Below, piece by piece: positions 10,628 through 23,330 of a stretch of DNA of 64,000 nucleotides. Position 1 is the stretch's first letter. Each line of letters starts with the position of its first letter. A program made the translations under genes and the position numbers. Under the pieces are notes generated by a model that saw nothing but the letters and a program-made list of their open reading frames with translations, searched no databases and was not told where the DNA came from. The DNA is from Chiloscyllium plagiosum (Eukaryota): NCBI RefSeq assembly GCF_004010195.1, contig NC_057751.1, positions 19,045,387-19,109,386 on the forward strand, in the 5' to 3' direction.

Positions 10628-12020
10628 TGCGCCTGTATGTCTATGCATGTTTGCACATGCAGCTGTATATCTGTGCTGGTTTGTATGCGCACACGTGCAT
10701 GTGTTTGTGCGCATCTTTGCACGTTTGTATTCATGCGCGTGCACAAATGTCTGCCTGTGTGTGTGTGTGTGTGTGTGTGCGCATGTGTCCGTCTCCCTGA
10801 GAGTGCACGTGCCTGAGTGCGAGCACTGGGCTGGCTTTCAAAGCAAGCAACAAACACCAATTTCTCTTCAGCCCACATTGGCTACACAAAACGAAAAATG
10901 CAAAGTAAGGCCGCTGACTGTTGTCAGGACAAGAGTATTTTGAACCAGAAATGTTTACTGGGGCAGCCCACATCACAGAGACTTGTCCAGAAATGAGGGC
11001 CAAGGCTCCAAACTGAACTTTGCTAATGTAATTTACTACAGGAGCTGCACTCATGTGACACAGTGGCACCTGGGCCAGGTGGTCTGGGTTCAACTTCCAG
11101 TTCTGCTCTGGACTTGTGCCATAACGCATTGGGACAATTGGAACAGGTTGATGAAATATATTCTTGATGTTAAGAAATAGTAATGCTAACCTCCCCCCCC
11201 CCACCCCCCTTCTCCCCACTGGTTACACTGAATCAAGCCTTGACTCCACACGTACGGGTCTCAGGGGTGAGTCTGTCAACGTCTCTCACACCAAATTTAT
11301 CTAAAGAAAGGCGAGTGCGGGAGTGAATCAGAGAGAGACAGCGATGATTGAACAGAATGAGGGCAGAGCTGAGAGACGTTGCACGAGTGCATGCACAAGG
11401 GAAAAGGAGAGAGCTCGGCTGTGAAAAAGCACCCTGCAGTCAAATAGCCTTCCAGAATTGAAGCCCAAACACCAGCAGCACTTGGGAGGGATGTTATGGG
11501 GATCAAGGGTTACAGGAAAGGCACGAGGGGGTGTGGGGGGGGGGGGGGGGGCAGTGAAAAAGATTTCAGCCATGATCGAATGGTGGAGCAGTCTCAAATG
11601 GGACGAATGGCCTCATTCTGCCCCCTACATCTCACAGGCATCAAAGGACATCAGGGCACTCTGATGCCCAGCGAGGACACTCCAGGGCATTAAGAGGGCA
11701 GCAGCAGCAACTCTGTTCTAGGCACACATTCCTGGGGTGGGTAGGGACGCAGGAGAGGATTGAGATAACATGACTCAACCCCCCCCCCCCCCCTGTAATT
11801 CCAACAGCCTCGCTGGGCAAAGTTTAAGGGGGGGGGCAGGGGGTAGTGGTGGTGGAGAAGAGAGAGAGAGAGAGAGAGAAAGAAAAAGAATGAGAGAGAA
11901 TGAGCGAACGAGCATGAGGATTAAAGAACCAATCCCACTTAGATAGCATTTCCCCACGGAGTTTTGGGAGGGAGCTTCACAAAGTTGGAACGTGCCGGGA
12001 GATGGGGAAGAGAAGAACGC

Positions 12021-12229
12021 TCATCGCTTTGGCACACGTCTCTGATCCCTCCCGTTGCTCAGGCTGGGGGTGCTGCTGGTGGAGGAGTGTGTTAATGCAG
12101 GTCCTGACACGTTCACAGCTTGGTTACCTCCTGGCCCACGCCCGTTCCCTCTTCCTCCTCCGGGCAGTACGTGATTCACTGCACCGAGGGGAACTCCAAC
12201 CGACCCGGCAGCATTCAGGCTATCGTTAC
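12021..12229 (-). CDS. NABP2: NABP2 (SOSS-B1) last coding exon
   Basis: CTCCAG acceptor at 12231-12230. Reads (G)NDSLNAAGS...SNGRDQRRVPKR to TGA at 12023-12021. The basic C-terminus is typical of NABP proteins and the phase matches the previous exon. Confidence 0.85.
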
Positions 12230-12325
12230 CTGGAGCGGAGGGGGAGACAGGGAAACAAAAGCCAGATGGTAATGACATTCCCGAGCAAGAGGATAAAGGG
12301 ATAACCTCAATACAGTGAAAATAAA

Positions 12326-12540
12326 TATTGAAAATAGAAAGAACAACTGTGGAGGCTGGAAATCTGAAACAGAAGCAGAGTCTGGCAGCGACTGTGCAGA
12401 GAGAGATTGGGATGAGGAGAAACAGTCCGCCTTTCAGGGTCCAGTGTAGAACAGAGTGCTGACTGCACCCAAAACGTTAACCCTGATTTTCCTCTGCATG
12501 CACTGACCTGCCGGACCCTGCTGAGTTTCTCCAGCAAAGT
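12326..12540. mobile_element. Degenerate palindromic short element (Penelope pLTR-like family B)
   Basis: GCTGGAAATCTGAAACA...TCTGGCAGC arm with an inverted ...AAAACGTTAACCCTG...CTGCTGAGTTTCTCCAGCA arm. Related copies at about 5368, 23445, 31685, 39856 and 61993. Confidence 0.6.
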
Positions 12541-12654
12541 GCCTGCAACACCTGAGCCACCGAGCTGCCCTTAAAACATTTGACTGACTGTCAAGCGATG
12601 GTAGAGGCAGCTGCCAACAGATTCTGCACGTAAGCTTGCACAGTGTGGACTCAC

Positions 12655-13575
12655 CAACTTTAAGGGCATTTAAATGGTCATTGGATAAACATATGGATGA
12701 AAATGGAATAATGTAGGTTAGATGGGCTTCAGATGGTTTCACAGGTTGGCGCAACATCGAGGGCCAAAGGGCCTGTACTGCGCTGTAATGTTCTATATTC
12801 TAATTCTGATCGCCCTCAAATCCACATTCCTACCTTTTCCCCGTAACCTCTCAATTCCTCCTTCCTGATTAAGAATCTGTCTGCCTCAGCCTCGAATATA
12901 CTGATCGACCCACCCTCGGCAACCCTCTGTGGCAAAGAATTCCACAGATTCACTCCCCTACTCAGAGAGAAGAAACTCCTTCCCGTCTCGGTCTTCAATG
13001 GGTAACTCCTGATTCCGAGGGGACACCCTCAGGTCCTAGACTCTCCCACACAAGCGATAGAGTTATACAGCACAGAAACAGACCCTTCAGTCCAACTCAT
13101 CTATGCTGATCGGATATCCTAAATTAATCTAGTCATGTTTGTCAGCACTTGGCCCATATCCCTCCAAACCCTTCCAATTCATATATCCATCCAGATGCCT
13201 TTAAAATGCTCTAATTGTACCGGCCTCCAATACTTCCTCTGGCAGCTCGTTCCACACATGCACCACCCTCTGAGTGAAAATGTTGCCCCATAGGTCCCTT
13301 TTAAATCTTTTCTCTCTCACCCTCAACCTATGCCGTCTCGTTTTGGACTCCCCTACCCTGGGGCAAAAGATCCTGGCTATTCACCCTCCCCTTGCACCTC
13401 ATCATTTTATAAACCTCTACAAAAAAGGTCAACCTCTCAGCCTCTGACACTCCAGCCTATTCAGCCTCTCCCTATTGCTCAAACCCTCTGATCCCGGCAA
13501 CATCCTGGTCAATCTTTTCTGCATCCTTGCAAATTTAACAATGTCTTTCCAATGGAAGGGAGACCAGGATTGCAT
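12655..13575. mobile_element. Three adjacent CR1 3' fragments (+ 12655-12800; - 12805-13050; - 13057-13575)
   Basis: CR1 3' ends: LWNSLPQRVAE, FKRHLD-type segments and terminal hairpin tails. Confidence 0.8.
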
Positions 13576-13776
13576 ACCTTCCTTCTGTGGGTTAAACTGG
13601 GGTAACTTTCTACCTCACTGCAAGTACACCTCAGCAATTCAGCCTGCTCCTTTAACTACTCAAGGTCTGCTCCCCACTGCTGACAGCTTTCTGTATTCCT
13701 CTGCCCGGTACAGAGTCTATTGACAGCTGCCTCTACCATCACTTAACAGTCAGTTAAATGTATATCCTAGTTTTAA

Positions 13777-14548
13777 GAGCAGCATGGTGGCTCAGTGGTT
13801 AATTCTGCTGCCTCACAGCGACAGGGACCCTGGTTCAATTCCACCTTCAGGCAACGGTCTGTGTGTGGAATTTGCATCTGCGTGGGTTTCCTGCAGATAC
13901 TCCAGTTTCCTCACATGGTCCAAACATGTGCAGGTTAGGGTGGATTGGCCGTGCTAAATTGTCCCCGTAGTGCCCAGGGATGTGCAGGTTAGGGTGGGTT
14001 AGTCTTCGGAAAGTATAGGGGAGGTGAATGAGGCTGAGTGGGTTACTCTTTGGAGGGTCGGTGTGGACTGGTTGGGCTGAAGGGCCTGTTTCCACACTGT
14101 TGGGAATGGATGATTCTCTGAATGATCAAAGCGACTCCCCCAGACAGCACCCATTGCATTCATTACCGTGCTAAATTGTCCCATAGTGCCCAGGGACGTG
14201 CAGGTTAGGGTGGGATTGGCCGTGCTAAATTGTCTCGTAGTGCCCAGGGGACGTGCAGGTTAGGGTGGGATTGGCCGTGCTAAATTGTCCCCGTAGTGCC
14301 CAGGGATGTGCAGGTTAGGGTGGGATTGACCGTGCTAAATTGTCCCCGTAGTGTTCAGGGATGTGCAGGATAGGATGGATTGGCCGTGCTAAATTGCCTC
14401 AGTGTCCAGTGGTGTGCAGGCTAGGTGAGTTAGCCAAGGGGAAAGGCAGGGTTACAGGGATAGGGTGGGTCTGGATGGGATGCTCTTTGGAAGGTTGGTG
14501 TAGACTCAAAGGGCCATTGCTACTTCCACACTCTAGGGATTTTATGAT
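13777..14548 (+). mobile_element. HE1-type SINE (13777-14117) plus a headless copy (14166-14548) with 54-55-bp internal tandem units
   Basis: Units GTGCAGGTTAGGGTGG(G)ATTGGCCGTGCTAAATTGTCCCCGTAGTGCCCAGGGA start at 13928, 13982, 14198, 14253, 14308 and 14363. Confidence 0.85.
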
Positions 14549-14819
14549 TTACACATGTATACAATAGATGTACATAAGGAAGGCACAAAGCTGCAGGATT
14601 GTAGAATCCATTAGATTCCACCCCCTCCCCACCAACCCCACACAGAAAACAGAACCGGGCATTGGCCATTTGGCCCCTCGAGCCTGCTCCATGGTTTAAA
14701 AGGGATGGGGGCCAGTCGCCCAACTCAATCCTCCCCATCTCAGGTTGGCCGAGTAAACTAGCAAAGTCTGTGTCCACCTTTGAGGGAAGGCCAATCGGAA
14801 GACAGACCTGCACTCTTGT

Positions 14820-14995
14820 AGCACCTACGGGGACAATTTAGCATGGCCAACCCATCCTAATCTGCACATTTCGACCACGCAAGGAAACCCACACAGAGAT
14901 GCAGGGAAAACATGCGAATTCCGAACAGACTGACAGTTGCCGGAGGGTGGAATTGAACCAGGGTCCCTGTCATTGTGAGGCAGCAGAGCTAATGT
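14820..14995 (-). mobile_element. Partial HE1-type SINE
   Basis: CAATTTAGCATGGCCAA...GGAAACCCACACAGA...TGTGAGGCAGCAG on the + strand. Confidence 0.7.
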
Positions 14996-15200
14996 GCCTC
15001 AGGACTGCGGTGGTGATGGTGGTTGGTGGGGATGGAGACACCTTCATCTCTTTGGTCTCCTTCCAACTAGTTGAACCTCCAGCTGAGGCAAGACAGGGTC
15101 AAGGCTCAACTTCTGATCTGAAGGACAGTTCCTCTGACACTGCAGCTCTCCCTGCCCCAAATGCTTACCTGACAGCATGGTCTTTATCATAGGTACTCAC

Positions 15201-15267
15201 CTGTCGTCACAGAGGGCAAAGACGTCACCAGGCCAGCCGTAGAAGAGCTACCTTGTTCAGTCAGGGT
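15201..15267 (-). CDS. NABP2: NABP2 coding exon 5 (TLTEQGSSSTAGLVTSLPSVTT)
   Basis: Polypyrimidine plus TTTAAG acceptor and G|GTGAGT donor. 67 nt bridges the phase-0 end of exon 4 to the phase-1 start of the last exon. The peptide is low-complexity, so support is mainly structural. Confidence 0.75.
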
Positions 15268-15444
15268 CTTAAACGAGAAAGGAAATAGCAAAGAGTGCTC
15301 AGGGTTAACTGGTTGGACTGGGAGCAAACCTGCCTAATGAGCTACTAGGAATGCTCTCCCTTCCGCCCCCTAGATCTCTTCTTCCCTCCCCACCCTACCA
15401 ACCAACCAACCAAAACTTGTCATGGACCTCTTCACAGATCGAGG

Positions 15445-16200
15445 AGTAGCAGATGGAGTTCAATTCAGATGGAGGCGAGGCATTGCATTTTGGTAAGACC
15501 AACCATGGCAGGACTTACATACATAATGGTAGGGACCTGGGAGTGCTGTTGACCAGAGAGACCTAGGGGTGCAGGAACATCGTTCCCTGAAAGTAGCATC
15601 ACAGTTAAACAGGGTGGTGAAGAAGACGTTTGGCATGCTTGTCTTCATCAGTCAGAGCATTGAGAATGGGAGTTGGTGAGGCCGCATTTGGAGTACTGCA
15701 TGCAGTTCTGGTCTCCCAGCTATAGGAAGGATGTTGTTAATCTGGGAAGGGTGAAGAAAAGATTGACAAGGATGCTACCAAGACGAGAGGGTTTGAGTTA
15801 TAAGGAGGGGCTGGGACGTTTTTCTTTGGAGCATAGGATACGAAGGAGTGACCTTACCAGGTTTATAAAATCATGAGCAGCATGGATAGGGTGAATAGCC
15901 AAGGTACTTTCCCTGCGGTGGGAGAGTCCAAAACTAGAGGGGCATAGGTTTAAGGTGAGAGGGGAAAGATTTAAAAGGATTCGGAGGGGTAACTTTTTCC
16001 ACACAGAAGGTGGTGTGTTTATGGAATGAACTGCCAGAAGTAGTAGTAAAGGCACGTAAAATTAGAACATTTCAAAGGTATATGAATAGGAAAGGTTTAG
16101 AGGGATATGGGCTAAACACAGGCAAAAAGGGACCAGTTCAGTTTAGGAAACCTGGTTGGCATGGACAGGTGGGACCAAAAGTTCAGTTCACGTGCTGTCA
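15445..16200 (+). mobile_element. 5'-truncated CR1 LINE
   Basis: VRPHLEYCMQFWSPSYRKD and WNELPE motifs. Confidence 0.9.
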
Positions 16201-16897
16201 GATGCTCAGCAGACTCATCCAACATGACAAACCACGTCCTCACCCAGGCTAGGGCCAAGCTGCTGCAGAAATCCCATTCAAAGCACCGAGAGGCAAGCAG
16301 TCAGATGGCTGAAGGGAACGTGCAAGAGTTGGCTCCCACTTGTCCTCCCTGGTTCAGGGGCTCTCTGTTCTCCGAAGTAAAAGCTACTTCCAGCAGGAAG
16401 AAAAGCAGTTTAATTTTTTTCCATCAGCAGTTGCTGCGAGCTGTGACTTTTAATTAATTCAAGAGACCTTTGCTAATTGTGAAGCAGCCACCCTGTGCCT
16501 CTTGCAAAAACAGTGGAAGCATCCGGAGAAGGAAAACTAAGGAGCATTTGAATTAGCACAAGAATAATCTCAGCAGATCCTGTGACCAGGGAGCACTGAG
16601 CCACTTTCTCAGTTTCCCTTCCACCCAAAACACCCATTGTTTTTCTCCCTCCCCGATTTGCAGCGACCCTAATAATAGCAGGACTCTATTTCCAACAGGC
16701 TGGCCCCTAGTGAGGCATAACCAAATCAGCGCCTCCAGAAAAGTGAGCAAGCCAGCAAGCAATCACAGGAAGGAACCTCAGCATTGACACCATTACCCAT
16801 GGAGGTGCAACCCCTGACATAAGCGCTGGCACCAGATAAAAATATCAGCAACAACCTGGTCTGAAAGGGGAGGGCGTTACGGGGTGTCAAGACTTAC

Positions 16898-16982
16898 AGG
16901 CTTGTTTTGCGAAGATGCCTGGGACATGTACTCAGGGTTGGGGTCACTGAAATTCGGCACTTCCGAATACTGCATACAAAAC
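16898..16982 (-). CDS. NABP2: NABP2 coding exon 4 (FCMQYSEVPNFSDPNPEYMSQASSQNKP)
   Basis: Matches NABP FCMVYSEVPNFSEPNPEY. TTTCAG acceptor, GTAAGT donor, 85 nt. Confidence 0.95.
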
Positions 16983-17069
16983 CTGAAACGGAACACAGAA
17001 GTGGTTGCACATCTCAGTAACCTCTCGTCGCTTGCACAATGCTTACCCCGCTGACTAATGTACTAGCAA

Positions 17070-19970
17070 GGAACCAAAGTAAGCCAATTGGCCCTATGAG
17101 CCTTATCTGCCATTTAATAAGCTCATGGCTGATCTGATTTTAACCTCAAATCTACGTTCCTGCATATACTGCAATAATCTTTCATCCTATTGCTGATATA
17201 GAATCTAAATGATCTCTGCCTTAAAAATACTCAGATTTCCTGCATCCACAGTCAGAGTCACACAGCATGGAAACTTGTCCACGCTGACCAGATATCCCGA
17301 ACTAATCTAGTCTCATTTGTCAGCAGTTGGCCCATATCCCACTAAACCCTTCTGACTTATGCGCCCATCCAGATGCCTTTAAATGCTGTAACTATACCAA
17401 CCTCCACCACTTCCTCTGGCAGCTCATTCCATACACGCACCACACTTTGCGTGAAAAAAACTTGCTCCATAACTCCTTTCTATATCTTTCCCCTCTCACC
17501 CTAAACCTATGCCCTCTAGTTTTGGACTCCCCCATCCCGGGGAAAAAGACCTTGGCTACTCACCCTCTCTCATAAAGCCATAGAGATGTACAACACGGAA
17601 ACAGGCCCTTTGGTCCAACCCACCCATGCCGACCAGATATCCCAATCCAATCTCGTCCCACCTGTCAGCACCCAGCCCATATCCCTCCAAACCCTTCCTA
17701 TTCATATACCCATCCAAATGCCTTTTAAATGTTGCAATTGTACCAGCCTCCACCACTTCCTCTGGCAGCTCATTGCATACCCGTACCACCCTCTGTGTGA
17801 AAAGGTTGCTCTTTAAGTCTCTTATATCTTTCCCCTCTCACCCTAAACCTATGCCTTTTGTACCAGCCTCCACCACTTCCTCTGGCAGCTCATTGCATAC
17901 CCGTACCACCCTCTGTGTGAAAAGGTTGCTCTTTAAGTCTCTTTTATATCTTTCCCCTCTCACCCTAAACCTATGCCTTCTAGTTCTAGACTCCCCGACC
18001 CCAGGGAAAAGACTTTTCTAGTCTATTTATCCTAACCATGCCCCTCATGATTTTATAAACCTCTAAGGTCACCCCTCAGCCTCCAGCCCCAGCTTATTAA
18101 ACCTCTCCCTATCACTCAAATCTTCCAACCCTGGCAACATTCCTGTAATTCTTTTGTAAACCCTTTGAAGTTTCACAACATCTTTCCGATAGGAAGGAGA
18201 CCAGAATTGCACGCAATATTCCAACAGTATCTATGCCCCTCATGATTTTATAAACCTCTATAAGGTAACTCCTCACCCTCCCATACTCCAGGGAAAACAG
18301 CCTCAACCTATTCAGCCACTCCCTATAGCTCAAACCCTCCACCCTGGCAACATCCTTGTAAATCTTTTCTGAACCCTTTCAAGTTTAACAGCATCTTCCC
18401 TAAAGCAGGGGGACCAGAATTGTATGCAGTGTTCCAAATGTAGCCAAACTGAAGGGGATTCCAAAGAAACTACACCCTCTGATAGAGAGGGGGCAACATT
18501 TTTTCTGTTTTAAATGGGCTCTCCCTTATTTTTAAACTGTGACCCCCAGTTCTAGATTCTCCCACAAGAGGAAACATCCTATTCCACATCTACCCCATCC
18601 CCTCAGGATCTTACGTGTTCCAATTAAGTTACCTCTGATTGTTTACACTCTGGAATATACAGACCTAGCCTGTTTAGCCTTTCCTCATAGGGCATTCTGC
18701 TCATTCCAAGGATTAGACCAGTAAACCTTTTCTGAACTGATTCCGACACATTAACATCCTTCTGTAAGTATGGTGACCAGTCATAGAGATGTACAGCATG
18801 GAAACAGACCCTTCAGTCCAACCCGTCCATGCCAACCAGATATCCCAACCCAATCTAGTCCCACCTGCCAGCACCCGGCCCATATCCCTCCAAACCCTTC
18901 CTATTCATATACCCATCCAGATGCCTCTTAAATGTTGCAATTGTACCAGCCTCCACTACTTCCTCTGGCAGCTCATTCCATATCCGTACCACCCTCTGTA
19001 TGAAAAGTTGCCCCATAGGTCCCTTTTATATCTTTCCCCTCTCACCCTAAACCTATGCCTTCTAGTTCTGGACTCCCTGACCCCAGGGAAAAGACTGGGC
19101 CTATTTACCCTATCCATGCCCCTCATAATTTTGTAAACCTCTACATGGTCACCCCTCAGCCTCCGACACTCCAGGGAAAACAGCCCCAGCCTGTTCAGCC
19201 TCTCCNNNNNNNNNNNNNNNNNNNNNNNNNNNNNNNNNNNNNNNNNNNNNNNNNNNNNNNNNNNNNNNNNNNNNNNNNNNNNNNNNNNNNNNNNNNNNNN
19301 NNNNNNNNNNNNNNNNNNNNNNNNNNNNNNNNNNNNNNNNNNNNNNNNNNNTTTGTTCAGCAAAACTCCCTAGGACCTTACCATTAAGTGTATAAGTCCT
19401 GCTAAGATTTGCTTTCCCAAACTGCAGCACCTCACATTTATCTAAATTAAACTCCATCTGCCACTTCTCAGCCCAGCTGGTCAAAATCCCGTTGTAATCT
19501 GAGGTAGCCCCTCTTCGCTGTCCACTACACCCTCCAATTGTGGTGTTATCCGCAAACTTACTTACTGTACCTCTCATGCTCGCATCCAAATCATTTATGT
19601 AAAATGACAAAAGGTCGCGGACCCAGCACCGATCCTTGTGGCACACCACTGGTCACAGGCCTCCAGTCTGGAAAAACAACCCTCCACCACCACCACCCTC
19701 TGTCTTCTACCTTTGAGCCAGTTCTATATCCAAACGGCTAGTTCTTCCTACACACAGTGCTCCAGACGTGGTCTCACCAACGCACCTGCATTACTGAAGC
19801 ATAACCTCCTTACTCTTGCATTCAATGCCACTCACAATAAACCGTCACATCTTATTAGTTGGCCTGACTGCTTGCTGTGGCTGCACTGACCTGCGAGCGT
19901 GCACTCGGATACCCAGATCCCACTGCATCTCCGAGCTCTGCTCCCTCTCACCATTTAGATAGTGTGTCTT
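17070..19970 (-). mobile_element. Stack of at least five co-oriented CR1 3' fragments, containing a 146-N gap (19206-19351)
   Basis: Repeated CR1 3' tails start near 17070, 17250, 17578 and 18781. WNELPEEVVEAGTIATFKRHLDGYMNRKG and SKFADNT motifs. A 120-bp tandem duplication starts at 17738 and 17858. Confidence 0.88.
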
Positions 19971-20344
19971 TCTTTTAAAAGACAAGATTCTCTCTGCTGA
20001 AGTGGACGTGGACCGCCTGACATTTTTCAGTCCAACGTAGACGCTGGAGCTAAGAAGCAGACAGCACGAAAGAGAGCCAACGTCTGGCACAGCATGTGTC
20101 AGGAAACTTTAAGCTGGAAGGTTGATGCAAAGATGGATGCTCAACTGAATTACAACATTCACTCAATTGCTCTGGTAGAGGGTGGGGAGTGTTTCACCAT
20201 GTACCACCTTGCCTACCAGTTCATTCACTTGTTAACACTGAAGAACACACACACGCATGCAACCAGGACCAAAGAAAAGACAAAACCTGTGCTTTTATAG
20301 CATCTCACACAAGCTCAGGAGGTTTCCAATGCACTTCATAGTCA

Positions 20345-20600
20345 CCAAGTGCAATGCAGCAACTGTTATAAAGCAGGGGAATGCAGCAGCCAATTTGCGC
20401 ACCGCAAGCTCCCACACACACAGCGGTGTGATAACAGCCTGTCGAGGTATAAACTGTGGCCTGAACACCAGGGAGGCCTTCAAAAGAGGACAAGGGGATA
20501 TTCTTGCGCCTGCCCTAGACTGCAGCCGTTGCAAGCATTTTGCTTTCCACCTGAGAGATGGCTTTTCCGACCTTGCAGCATTGCTTCCGCATTCTAGTGG
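20345..20600 (-). mobile_element. SacSINE1/Deu-domain-like SINE remnant
   Basis: GCAGCCAATTTGCGCACCGCAAGCTCCCACA is the reverse complement of the core seen at 56636-56670. Confidence 0.6.
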
Positions 20601-20662
20601 GACAGGTGTCTTGCTTGCGTGCAAGGGCGAATTTAGAAAGTTGGTTTGGCCAGTGGGGAGGG

Positions 20663-20902
20663 GGGTTCAGGGCTAGCTCAGTTGGTCGGATGGTTGGTTT
20701 ACAGAGCAACATCAACAGCATGTCAATTCCTGCCGCATCGGAGGTTACCATCGAGGTCTCGCCTTCACAATCTCACCCCCTTGCCTGAGGCATGGTGACC
20801 CTCAGGTTAAACCCACCACCGATCGTGTCTCTCTCTCTCTCTCTCTCTCTTTAAGGAGACAGCAGCCTTGAGATTCCTCTGGGACTATGGCGATTTACCT
20901 TT
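20663..20902 (+). mobile_element. tRNA-derived SINE, family not assigned
   Basis: A-box-like TAGCTCAGTTGG, degenerate B-box, internal (CT)n and tail GGGACTATGGCGATTTACCTT. Confidence 0.55.
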
Positions 20903-21214
20903 GGAAGGGGATGAGAGTTTTAATGAGCTGTTTATACATCTTCAGCATGTCCCCTCTCAGTCTCCTCTGCTCCAAGGAAAACAACCCCATTCTATCCCAT
21001 CTCTCCATCTGAAACTCTCCAGCCCAGGCAAACATCTCCTTTGCACCTTCTCCAGTGCAATCCCTTCCCTCCTCTAATCTGGACTCTCCAACAACACCAG
21101 TAGCCTAACCAATGCTTTACACATTACTACAGGCCAGTCACCCACCATCACCACCCCTTGGTGGGTAATTTCTGAAGAAGCAGTGACTCTTTGGAAACCA
21201 GTACTCTGACGAGT

Positions 21215-21610
21215 TGGAGTTACAGGGAGAGGCTGGGACTTTTTCCACTGGAGCATTAAGATACTGGAGGGGTGACCTCATACAGGTCAATAAAATGAGA
21301 AGAGGCATAGACAAGGTAGATAGCTGCAGCTTTTCCCCAGGGCAGGGGAGTTTTAAAGGTGAGAGGGGAAAGATACAGAAGGGTCTAGAGAGGCAATTTT
21401 TTCATAGAGTAGCGAGTGTCCAGAACAGGCTGACAGAAATAGTGGCGCGAGCGAGTACAATTTCGTCATTTAAGAGACATTTAGACAGGTATGTGGATAG
21501 AGTAGGGATGGAGGGATGTGGACCAAATGCAGGCAAATGGAACTAGATTAATTGTGAAAACTGGGCAGCATGGGCAAGATGGGCTTGTTTCAATGCTGTA
21601 GACCCCTATG
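21215..21610 (+). mobile_element. CR1 3' fragment
   Basis: RGDLIQVNK and SFKRHLDRYVDR motifs. Confidence 0.85.
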
Positions 21611-21904
21611 GGTCACCCTCCATGGCAAACTCTGATCTCGTGCGAAGTTTTGAGAAAGCTGTTCATGTGTATGTGACACCATTTTACTTTACATGAACAA
21701 AAACTCCCTTACAGTGCTGAAGGTTTCTGTTAAAGTGGCTGTACGATCACAGGCAGGAGGAAGACAGTAATGTATTCGGGTCTGGTAATCCAGGGAGCCA
21801 GGCTAATGGCCTGGGGATATGGTTTGAAACCTTAGCATGGCAGCAAGAGGGATGGGGGAGGCAACGGCCTCCTGGTATCATCACTTGACTATTAATCCAG
21901 AGAC

Positions 21905-22778
21905 TTGGAAAATTGGAGGTGTAGTGGACAGCGAAGGAGGTTACCTCAGAGTACAATGGGACCTTGATCAAATGGGCCAATGGGTCAAGGAATGGCAGAT
22001 GGAGTTTAATTTTGATAAATGTGAGGTGCTGCAATTTGGAAAGGCAAATTGAGGTAGAATTTATACACTTAATGATAAGGTTCTGAGGAGTGTTGCCGAA
22101 CAAAGAGACCTTGGAGTGCAGGTTCACAGTTCCTTGCAAGTGGAGTCCCAGGTAGATAGGATAGTGAAAGAGGCGTTTGGTATGCTTGCCTTCATTGGTC
22201 AGAATATTGAGTACAGGAGTTGGGAGGTCATGTTGCGGCTATACAGGCCACTTTTGGAATATTGTGTCAATTCTAGTCTCCCTGCTATAAGAAGGATGTT
22301 ATGAAACTTGAAAGGGTTCAGAAAAGATTTTACGAGGATGTTGCCAGGGTTAGAGGGTTTGAGCTATAGGGAGAGACTGAATAGGCTGGGGCTGTTTTCC
22401 CTGGACCATCAGAGGCTCATGGGTGACTTTAAAGAGGTTTATAAAATCATGAGGGGCATATATAGGGTGAATAGCCAAAGTCTTTTCCCAAGGGTGGGGA
22501 GAGTCCAAAACTAGAGGACAAGAGGAGAAAGAATTAAAGGGACCTAAGGGGTAACTCTTTCATGCAGAGGTGATGCGTGCTTGGAATGAGTTGCCAAAGG
22601 AGGAGGAGGTGGCAGCTGGTACAATTACAGCATTTAAAAGGCATCTAGATGGATATATAAATAGGAAATGTTTAGAGGAATATGGGCCAAGTGCTGGCAA
22701 ATGGGACTAGATTAATTTAGGATATTTGGTCAACATGAACGACTTGACCTGTTTCCATGCTGGACAGCACTATGACTC
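21905..22778 (+). mobile_element. 5'-truncated CR1 nested inside an older SINE head
   Basis: KIGGVVDSEGG...WQMEFNFDKCEVL...RMLPGLEGLSYRERLNRLGLFSL. The flanks TAATCCAGAGAC and AATGTTCTGGGGACCCGGG read as one interrupted SINE head. Confidence 0.9.
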
Positions 22779-23231
22779 AATGTTCTGGGGACCCGGGTCC
22801 AAAACCTTCCACAGCAGATGGTGGAATCTGAATTCAATACAAAAACATCGATTCTCATGCTCCTCGGATGCTGCCTGACCTGCTGTGCTTTTCCAGAACT
22901 ATACTCCAGACTCTCACTCCTCCTCCACTGCCAGTCCCCACCTCTGTCCTTACCTGTCAGTCAACTCACTCTCTATCCTTAAACGTTCTTAACCGTCTCT
23001 CTCCTCACCCCCTTGTTTTACATGGGCTCACTCCCCATCCCCACCCACTCTTTCCTGGCTCCCTCCCACTTCTGAACACTCACAATTACACCACAAATGA
23101 AGTGCCAACAGGTATCTGAACTACTGAAACTTCTGAAAGCCCGCCCAAACCGTTAGATTGGAGGCAGAGCAAGGCAGCAACCCCAGCTTACAACAGCTCT
23201 TCACACGCACAGCATCAAGGCACAGAACTTA

Positions 23232-23330
<99 letters not shown>

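Noticed and set aside
9458..10943. Cys/Val- and His/Thr-rich ORFs
   Set aside because: Translations of TG/CA low-complexity sequence.
16861..16897. Apparent 37-nt GT-AG mini-intron after NABP2 exon 4
   Set aside because: Too short for normal vertebrate splicing, and exon 15201-15267 gives a consistent model.
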